Of a stretch of 59,542 nt of DNA, positions 27,906 through 37,800 are shown in pieces (the stretch's first letter is position 1; each line of letters starts with the position of its first letter). The position numbers and the translations under genes were made by a program. Source of the DNA: a virus (lineage: Duplodnaviria > Caudoviricetes); IMG/VR virus record IMGVR_UViG_3300008120_005569, positions 1-59,542 of that record; one strand, 5' to 3'. The notes below the pieces were generated by a model. It did not search any database. It saw nothing but the letters and a program-made list of their open reading frames with translations, and had not been told where the DNA came from.

Positions 27906-30900
27906 ATGGCAAAAAAGAAAAATACAGGTAGACCAGCCCCAAAACCCACCCAACAAAAACAAAGTGGTTCTAATGAAAATGCTGAAAACGGTGACAGACA
28001 AAGTAAATTGTTAGACCTATTAAAACGCAGAAAAGAATTAGAAACTGAAATACTTGCATTAAAAAAACAGATATTTACTGAAGATAAAAATGATGCTGAA
28101 CAGATTGATAAGATTAATCGGTTTGAGGGAAAACGCGTTAAACTTACTAAAGAATATTTTGATTTATTAGAGAAGATAGCAAAGATACGAAAAGATGAAC
28201 GTGAAGAACTTGTTAAGATAGAAAAATTAGAGATAGATAAACAAAAACGTCAAAAGGAAGAAGAAAAAAGAATAAAAAGTATTCAAGAACACCATGAAGA
28301 AATCGGAGACTTACAAGAAAGGGCTCAAGTATTAATGCGTTCATTGAGTGAAGAAGCTCAAAAACAGGCAACGAGTTTAGGATTGACTGCTTCAAATGCA
28401 AAAACATTAGCGGAAGAAATAAAAGATGCAAACATACAAATAACAGATTCAGCTCAAATAAATAAATCATTTGAAAAATCAATGACATCTGTTATGAACA
28501 TCGCAAAAGAGATGGATGCTTTGGAAGGACGTATCGCTGAAAACATGCAAAATTCTGTTGATGGTCAATCTAAATCGTTAGACTTGTATGAAACAGAAAG
28601 AAATCTTAAAATGGCAATGGCTCAATTAGATTTGAATGCTAATAAATTGGGCGTTGAACGCTACATGGCATTAAAGAAAACAACTGATTCATTTGAAGGA
28701 CAGTTTAAACGAATAACAAAAGTTAATAATGCATTAAAAGATCAATCAAAAATTGTTGCTAAAAATAAAAAAGATACTGCTTCTGCCTCAAGTCCATCGG
28801 ATGTTAAATCTATGGAAAGTAATGCTGATAAAATGGGCACATCAATGGGTGATAGATTCAATAGGGCAATGGAACGAGGTGCGAGTAAAGTTGGTGGTTG
28901 GGTAGATACCATTGCAAATAAAATACGTGGTGCAATGGAGTGGGCGGTTGATAAAATAAAGAACGGAATAAAAACAGTATTCTCAGCGGTATGGGATTTT
29001 GTCAGTAAAATATTTTCTATTTTTTACGATTCTGTTATGGATTTGGATAAAAGGGCAGCTGAAACAAGTAGGATTTTTGGTGTTAATAGAAAAATGGCAT
29101 TTGATATGGAAAAGTCATTTGCAAAAATGGCATTATCAGCAAACATCATAGGACAAAATTCAGAACAATATAGGGAAACAACTTCATTTTTAGCAGATAC
29201 ATATGGACTTGGTGTTGAGACACTAATGGGTGGTGATGCACAAATTGGTATAATAAAAAATATGACAACCTTACGGGAACAGTTTCAATTAACAAATGAC
29301 GAAGCTAAAAACTTATTTGAGTTTAGTGTGTTAACCGGGACAAGTATGGACAAGTTAGCACAGGTTACTGACAAGATGAGTGGTGGTATAATGCAAACTC
29401 AACAGGCATTAAAAGCCATGGCAAATGTTCCCAAGATAATGCAATTAAATATAAAGACCGGTTTAGCGGGATTAGCTGCCTTTGCAGCTAAAGCAAAATT
29501 AATGGGGGTTGATTTTGGTAAGATACAACAAATGCAAGATTCTATGTTGGATATTGAATCTTCATTGGGAAAACAATTTGAATCCACCGCGATAACGGGC
29601 ATTCATATAGGTGACATGGACAAAATAAGAGCGGCTGCTCTTTATGGTGAAACCGATAAGATGTTTGATCTTATTATGAAAAATATTGGAACGGTAGATC
29701 AATTTAAGGGTCTTCGTGGTGGTGTTATCGGTCAAAAGGCATTTGCTGGACAGTTTGAAATGTCACGGGAAGAAATGATTGAAATGTTAACACGTGGTGA
29801 AATGCTTAAAAAATTAGGATTGTCCTTTGAAAAGGCTGCAAGACTCCAAGCTAAAAATGAAAAAGAACTACGTGCTATAGCTGAACAAGAAAGGAAAGCT
29901 GGTAATATTAACCGTGCAAACTTCATAGACAATATTGCAAATGAAAAAAAACACGCTGAGATTATGACGAAAATAAATGATAAAATAGAAAAAATGAAAA
30001 TGCAGTTTGCACCAGCGGCTAGTAGAATATTGGATCTTATACATAAGATATTGGATAGATTATTGAATAGCCCAATATTCGATAAAATAATGCAGTTTAT
30101 GAATAATGCTGTTGAGAAATTCGTAAAGAATTTAGATGATTTTCTATCTGGTAAAATATCGTTTAAGGATCTATTTTCAGGGGTAGATTTCGGTTTGGGT
30201 GCGTTATTTAAAGAAATATTCAATGATCCTGCAATAAAAGAGTTTGCAAATTCTTTAGGTTTGGATAAAATAAATATATCGTTAAAAGGATTAAAAGAGA
30301 CATTAGCTGGAATAGAAGAAAAGTTAGGAGTAGTAACTTGGCTATTTGATAATTGGGGAAAAGTTTTGGGCGTAGTTTCTGCCTTGATACTAACCAAATT
30401 TATAGGTATGGGTGGATTATTTAAAATGGCAGTCGGTGCTGGTGTTTTAGCTGGTGCAATGTATTTTCTAACTGATTCTTTTGAAAGATTAGCAAAAGTA
30501 AATGCTGACAATCTTAAAAATGTGGGAATAATAATGGGTGTTATGCTAGGTGGGTTAGTAGGATTAGGTGCGTTAACAGGTCAATTCCCACAAATTATTC
30601 TTGGCATAGTCATTATAGTAGCTTCGTTTAGACTATTGGTTGGTGCTATGCTTGCATTGGCAGAAGTTGCTGATAAATTAAAACCTGTATTTGACTTCTT
30701 ATTAGAACTTGGTAAACTTATATTACAACATTTTAAACAGATGCAAGATTTAGTATACAATTTAGTTAAACTACTTGCAGACTTTCTAATAGAAGCCGTA
30801 AAACAAGTTGGTATTTTAGTAGTAAACGTTTTAACTGCTATCGGTGACAATATGGTAAAAATAATAAGCAAAATACAACAAGCAGCTGAAACATTAATAC

Positions 30901-31796
30901 CAATATTCAGAGATGCTATTGTAGCTCTATTAAATTCGGTTGGGCAAGCTTTCAAAGTTGTTTTTGATTCCATATTTGGTGGTATAACTGCTGTAATAGA
31001 AAAGGCTTTAACAAAAGTAAATGAAGTTATTTATGTAATAAAAGATTCAATAGTAGCTGTAATAGAGTCCGTAAAGTCTGCTATAGACACATTAGCGGGT
31101 GCATTTATTCGTGTGTTGGATAAAGTAATAGAGTTAGTAAAATCAAATCCAGGTAATATAGTAAAGATTGCAGAGGCAATGGCGAGTATAGCTTGGAGTT
31201 TAGGAAAAATGTCATCGGGTATCTTCGGCAGTTCAGGTTCTAAGTTTGCTGAGTTTATGGAAATAGTGCATGTTGCAGACCCAGGAAGAATACAAGCGGT
31301 TGCAAATAGTATAAGAATGTTGACACAAGCTATTCGTGAGTTGAATGGTGCAATGGGTAACTTCAATACTAATAAATTAAACATGGTTGTTAGTAAAACA
31401 CAAAACACAACACCAATACGACCGGGTGGAACAAGTATATGGGGTGATTTTAAGTCAGGAATATCGAATCTTTGGAACAGTGCAACATCATTTTTATCAG
31501 GTGGTTCACAACAGAAGTCTACAAAAATGACATCACCACAAAGAAGTTTTTCTGTTGCTTCAAGTCCTGGACAAGCACAACAGCAACAATATACGCAGAC
31601 GCAAACCACAAACCCATCAACAAAAGAGATGGAAAAGAAGTTGGATACTATAATAAAAATATTGTCAAGTCAATCAACACAAACCGCTCAAATTAGATTC
31701 GGTGAAAAGTTTGTGGAAGAAGTTAAAGTACAATTGGGTAGAATTAGTGATGTTGATGGTAATATTGACTCTGCACGTGGTAGATTCATAAAATAA
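27906..31796 (+). CDS. Tape measure protein
   Basis: 1296 aa, helical and A/K/M-rich, with hydrophobic segments and amphipathic periodicity; canonical position after tube and chaperones. Confidence 0.85.
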   Translation: MAKKKNTGRPAPKPTQQKQSGSNENAENGDRQSKLLDLLKRRKELETEILALKKQIFTEDKNDAEQIDKINRFEGKRVKLTKEYFDLLEKIAKIRKDEREELVKIEKLEIDKQKRQKEEEKRIKSIQEHHEEIGDLQERAQVLMRSLSEEAQKQATSLGLTASNAKTLAEEIKDANIQITDSAQINKSFEKSMTSVMNIAKEMDALEGRIAENMQNSVDGQSKSLDLYETERNLKMAMAQLDLNANKLGVERYMALKKTTDSFEGQFKRITKVNNALKDQSKIVAKNKKDTASASSPSDVKSMESNADKMGTSMGDRFNRAMERGASKVGGWVDTIANKIRGAMEWAVDKIKNGIKTVFSAVWDFVSKIFSIFYDSVMDLDKRAAETSRIFGVNRKMAFDMEKSFAKMALSANIIGQNSEQYRETTSFLADTYGLGVETLMGGDAQIGIIKNMTTLREQFQLTNDEAKNLFEFSVLTGTSMDKLAQVTDKMSGGIMQTQQALKAMANVPKIMQLNIKTGLAGLAAFAAKAKLMGVDFGKIQQMQDSMLDIESSLGKQFESTAITGIHIGDMDKIRAAALYGETDKMFDLIMKNIGTVDQFKGLRGGVIGQKAFAGQFEMSREEMIEMLTRGEMLKKLGLSFEKAARLQAKNEKELRAIAEQERKAGNINRANFIDNIANEKKHAEIMTKINDKIEKMKMQFAPAASRILDLIHKILDRLLNSPIFDKIMQFMNNAVEKFVKNLDDFLSGKISFKDLFSGVDFGLGALFKEIFNDPAIKEFANSLGLDKINISLKGLKETLAGIEEKLGVVTWLFDNWGKVLGVVSALILTKFIGMGGLFKMAVGAGVLAGAMYFLTDSFERLAKVNADNLKNVGIIMGVMLGGLVGLGALTGQFPQIILGIVIIVASFRLLVGAMLALAEVADKLKPVFDFLLELGKLILQHFKQMQDLVYNLVKLLADFLIEAVKQVGILVVNVLTAIGDNMVKIISKIQQAAETLIPIFRDAIVALLNSVGQAFKVVFDSIFGGITAVIEKALTKVNEVIYVIKDSIVAVIESVKSAIDTLAGAFIRVLDKVIELVKSNPGNIVKIAEAMASIAWSLGKMSSGIFGSSGSKFAEFMEIVHVADPGRIQAVANSIRMLTQAIRELNGAMGNFNTNKLNMVVSKTQNTTPIRPGGTSIWGDFKSGISNLWNSATSFLSGGSQQKSTKMTSPQRSFSVASSPGQAQQQQYTQTQTTNPSTKEMEKKLDTIIKILSSQSTQTAQIRFGEKFVEEVKVQLGRISDVDGNIDSARGRFIK

Positions 31797-31835
31797 TAAA
31801 CACACACATATTTATATGAAATAATAGGAAAGTGT

Positions 31836-34800
31836 ATGTCATTGTTAGACTTAAAATCAGATTTATCAAAATACCGTTGGAAAGGTCCAGGTGCCCCCGT
31901 AGATCCAAGCTCGAAAACACCTAGGGCAACGAGTTATGGCGATAACTTTGGTTCGTTTCAACCAATATCCAATACGTTTATAAAATCGGGTAATTTACCA
32001 AAAGTCGTTCAACCAAAGGAAGTTGATTTGATTGGGAAGTTAGATGACACCCGTTTGGATAATATAGTTACTGATATGCGTGAATCACAATTGGTTCAAC
32101 GTTTAGAAAATACAAGATTGGATGATATACAAAAACCACAAAATAGAAATATTCTTATTAATGCTGTTTCATCATTATCACCACAGGCAAAAGACGATGT
32201 TACAAACCAATTCAATAGAATAACAACGGAAGATGTTACATCCGAATTAGCAAAAATAAATCAAGATATATCTCAGACAAACATAACAAAATCAGATGTT
32301 GTGGTTTTGAAATCAACAACCGCTGGTGAAAACAACACAAGGTCTAATGTTGATATAATAAAGAGTGACAATCAACGTGGTAATGTACGTGATCCAAACG
32401 TTGTAATAAATAGGACACCATTATTCATAAATAGAGAAGCACAGTCTGCTGTAATAATAAAAGATTTAAGAACAACAACAGACAATATAACAGATCCTGG
32501 AACACCTGTAAACAAAGTTGTTCAAACGGTAGATAGACAAAATCAATCGCCATCAATAAACACCTACAATGATTTAAATGGTTCTATTGTTAATTTAGAG
32601 ACAAATAATTTAGTAGATGATACACAATTTGATATTGTTGGTACACCATCAAGATACAACACAGATTCCAAATTAGTATTGAAACAACGTGCAACTATTG
32701 ACACAACACGATACGATCAGGTATCCGATATATTGGGTGCGCCAAGTAATCTAAACTTGGATGACGTTAGCGAAACAAACCCAAGTGGAAGACATAACAC
32801 AGATAGAAACACGGAACTGTCAAATAAAAATGGCCAAGAAATAGACTTCTTTCCCAACACAAATGCAGAAGGGTTCACTAACAAAGTCCAATCGGGTGTA
32901 ACCGAATACGATTTGGATTCTTCGGTTTTAGGATTTGACGGTGTAACTGAAGCAAATTACTTTGATATAACAAATAGATTTACAACTGAAGGATTCCACG
33001 CATTTGCACAGACACGTGAAGACACGAAATTTAAAGATGGTGCTTCTGAGTTTGATTGGGATAAAAATGTACCACTATCGGATTACTTTGATACAAATAG
33101 AACCTATACAAGAAGTGGATTTCATTCGTTTGCACAAACAGGTGAGGCCACCAAGTATAAAGTAGAGTCGAGTATTTTCGATTGGGATGGTGTTAGAACA
33201 CAGTCACCATCGGTAAATTATTTTGACCTAACCAATAGATATACAACAGATGGATTTCACAACTTTGCAGTAGAGTATGATACAAAATACATAGTTGGTT
33301 CTTCTAGATTTGATTGGGACGGTTTACGTGGTAGTGCTCCATCTACAAATTATTTCGATGTTGCTAACATAAGTACATTTAGAGGATTTCACAATTTTGC
33401 AATAACTAAAGAACCAACATCATATCAAACAAGACTGTTAGGAAGTTCTTTAGTATTAACAGACAACGCTTCTTTATTGGATTGGGATGGATTAACAGTT
33501 CCAACCGTTAACTTTTTTGATTTAACAAATAGAAGCACATTTCGTGGATTTCATGCTTTTGCAACAACAAGAGAAGCTACTTCGTATCAAACATCACTGA
33601 TTGGTAGTTCTTTAGTTCTCACCAATAACGCCTCATTCTTGGATTGGGATGGGACTGTGAATAATGTACCCACTGTTAATTTCTTTGACCAAAATAATCT
33701 TAGAACATTTCGTGGTTTCCATTCATTTGCAACAACATTAGAACCAACTTCATATCAAAATGTTAGAGTTGGAACCGCGTTTACACTTAGAACAAATGCT
33801 ACGGTATTTGATTGGAATGGTGTACGTGTAAATGCTCCTGCTGTAAACTTCTTTGATCAAAATAATATTAGAACATTTAGAGGTTTTCATACCTTTGCAC
33901 AAACTCTTGAACCAACTTCATATCAAACAAATGCAATTGGAACTACATTAGCATTAAGACCAAACGCAACTGTATTTGATTGGAACGGTATACGTGTAAA
34001 TGCTCCTGCTGTAAATTTCTTTGATTTAACAAATCTACATACATTTAGAGGATTCCATACTTTCTCAACAACATTGGAACCAACTTCGTATATTCAGGGT
34101 GCATCATTTTTAGATTGGGATGGTCTAAGAGCCGCAGCTCCTGCCGTTGATTTCTTTCCATCTTATGCTGTTCCACGTGGATTCCACACATTTGCAAGAG
34201 AATATGATACGTCATATAGAAATATACAATTGGGTTTAACATCTGTATTAGATCCATTTGCTTCGTTTTTAGATTGGGATAGTCCGTTTTTAATAAATAC
34301 ACCACAACAACCAGGTGCTCCTGCTGTTAACTTCTTTGATTTAACTAATAGAAGTACAACTCGTGGTTTTCATCTATTTGCACAAACAGGTGAACCAACG
34401 TCATATAGAATACAAAGATTGGGACAAGGTGGATTTGGTTTAGATCCAAATGCTTCATTTTTAGATTGGACTGGTGGTAGACAAAACGCACCAACTGTAA
34501 ATTATTTTGCTAATTGGCCTGCTGGACCAACAACGAGAGGGTTCCATGCTTTTGCTCAGCAAGCTGAACCTACATCTTTTGCAACTGTTCAATCGGGAAA
34601 TGTAATAGCACTGAGAGCAAATACATCAAGATTTGATTGGAACGGTTCAAGTACATTTGCTCCAGCCGTTGATTTCTTTCCATCGTATGCTGTTCCACGT
34701 GGATTCCATACCTTTGCAAGAACATTTGACACATCGTATAGAACTACACAAGTTGGACTGACATCAGTATTAGATCCATTTGCTTCAGCATTTGATTGGG

Positions 34801-37800
34801 ATAGCCCATTCTTAGTAAATACAGCACAACAACCAGGTGCTCCTGCGGTTAACTTCTTTGATTTAGCAAACAGAAGTACAACTCGTGGATTCCATACATT
34901 TTCGCAAACAGGTGAACCAACATCATACCAAACAAGAAGATTGCAGGGTGGTGGATTTGGATTGACAGATAATGCTTCTTTCTTGGATTGGAATGGTGGA
35001 AGACAGAACGCTCCAACCGTTAACTTCTTCGATCCAAATAATATAAACACATTAGCGGGATTCCATTCGTTTGCAACAACACGTCAAAATACACGGTATA
35101 ATACTGGAACAATAGGTAACAACCTCTTAGCACCAGGTGCAACTACATTTGATTGGAACGGTTTGCGTAATAATGCTCCTGCTGTTAATTTCTTTGATTT
35201 AAACAATGTAAGCACCACACGTGGATTCCACACATTTGCTGACTTGAGTGGTGGAACAACCGCTTATAGATTGGCAGTAGGATTTAATCCAGTTTTGGGT
35301 GGTTCTGTAAACTTTTTAGCACCAGGTGCTACTAATTTTGATTGGGACGGTTTAGATCCATATTCAATTAGAACAACTAATTTCTTTGGATTCACAAACA
35401 CAACAAGATTTGGATTCATGGTGAACATGTCTCAATTCGATGGAACAGCCTATCCAATAATAAATCCAAGATTTAATGCTAATATACTTCGTATTCAAGG
35501 TGTAGGACAACGAGCTCAAAGATTTGGTTTGACAACATTTAGACAATTATTACAACCACTTCAAACAAGTAACTTAGAACAATTTGCACCCGCTACATTT
35601 GGTGGAAAAACTATATCCGGATTTAGGTCAACATTAGACATCCAAACACCGGCGGTAATACTACAAAAATTTAACTTGAATGTAGCAACTAATCGTGTTA
35701 GAATAAACCCAACTGCTCCTGGATTTACAAAGAGATATACTTCAGGTGGGGGTGTTGATATAAGACCATCAACCGTTGACGGAACAATTGAAAGTTGGGC
35801 TAATAGTAACTCATTACCACTACAAGTACCGTTTTCTGGAAATCAGTCAGATACATTAATAGAAAGACTACAAAAGAAATATAGATTAAGAGATGAGGCA
35901 TATAATACCGATATATTTGGATTAAGACAACCATTTGTAGATGATTCATTACATGGACCTGAATCGGTTTCTATGTTCCCGTTTGATGATGGTTTGGTTC
36001 GTGGTGGTATAGTAAACAACACAATAAGTGCTTTATTAGATTCAGTACGAATCGGTAAGTTTCTATTGTCGGGTAGAGGTATACTTTTCAACATAAAACA
36101 ATCAGGCCTTCAGGCTATGAATCCTAATGTTGATAAACCAACTGCTAATAATCCAATTGATAGTTTTTTAAATCTACCAAGCATAATATCAACGAAGGCA
36201 CCAAGTCAATTTTACAATCCACTTTCAATACCTAGAAATGTTTTAGAAGTCGGTCCTTTGGGTAATAGATACGCTCGTCATGGTATAATGATGGATGGTG
36301 TGTTCGGTAGATATGAACGTGTTGCTATAGACAGAGCTTTGAATTCAGATAAGTACAGTTACTTTGATGAATTTTCAGATTCAGCTGATAATAACTATAA
36401 TAGATTAATTGGTTTGGTTAAAGAGTTATTGCCAAATTCATACGATCCAATAAGACAGAACACATTACCAAAACAAAATACTCAGTTAGAAATAAATAGA
36501 ATATCATCGTCACACGGTGGGCCTGGATCTTTATTAGGATTTTTTGGTACAACAATTAATAGAGCAACTCATCCATTTAAGATTGTAAATTCAACCAATT
36601 ATATTCCAGAGCAAGTAAATGTAACTTTAGGATTAGACCGCGAAGTATTTTTCTCAGCGAGATATGACAGTGGAAACCGTCAGACTGATACATATTCTGA
36701 AATGTTATTACGTCAAATTGAAAAATATGACGGTGATATGCATGGTTTAATTTTAGATGCAGCTATGCTTTCTATAACACAAGTAGCTCCATCACCACGG
36801 AATGCAAGCACCACAGCCGATAGTCAACTCTATACACCATCATTTTCTGACAGTAGAAAAAATAAAATAAATTCTGCGGATTCAAAAATACAGTTAATAA
36901 CAAGACAACGTATTGGTGCATCTAAAGTTTTTGATTTTAAAAAACCAACTACAACGGAGAGATTTAAAGCTATAAACGGTGGTTACATACCATACCGAGA
37001 TAAAAATGAAAGTATATTTGACGAAATATTCTTTGTAGGGTCCAAAAATAAAAAAACATATTACGATAGACTATTCGGTGAAACAGATGGTGAATCAACA
37101 AAATACGGAAATGCGTATGGTGTTATGTTAGGTTCAACCGTTGGGATTGTATCATCAGGACTGCTGCCAAAATTTGTAGATGGAAGACAGATAATAGACA
37201 AAACAGAATTTAAAGTACCATTAAACAAATACGATAAACGTAGAATCGAAGAATTAGATGTCTTTGGTTTTAAACAAATACCAATAAAGGAAAGAGGACG
37301 CCGTGTTATAAGTGAGAACATAACACCAAGAAAAGATTTGTTGGAGTTAGCTTCTGAAACCTTTTTCACCTCAAATTTAATAAGAAGTGATGTAAATTTA
37401 ATATCAAGATTCTCATATGGCGATTATTTGTTGGGTAGATTGCCTGACGGAGAAACTCAACAAGTTGTACTAAACCCACAGGATCAAAATGAATTTTCTT
37501 TAGGTATATTAGGTTCATTAACGTTGAATCAAAAATTAGAGGGTATACATAGAAAATTTGAAGGTGATGTTGTAATAGAAGCTGAATACAATAAGATACC
37601 TATAAACGATAAAACAAAAACTCTTATTGAAAAATTAAAACCCTTTGAATTTATACCTCCAACAGTTAACAGTAGATATAAAGCTGTAACAAGTGAAAAT
37701 GCTTACCGAGAAGGTGAAAATCTTTATAGTGAGATGTATTTTGGAAGTGCAAAATCAAAATACGATGTATTGGTTGGTAAAACAGTAGACAAACTAAGTT

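Noticed and set aside
32838-35443. Repeat array as a CRISPR array or DGR template/variable repeat
   Set aside because: The repeats are in-frame protein repeats with many synonymous differences; there is no spacer structure, no adenine-specific pattern that I could see, and no reverse transcriptase or cas gene in the window.
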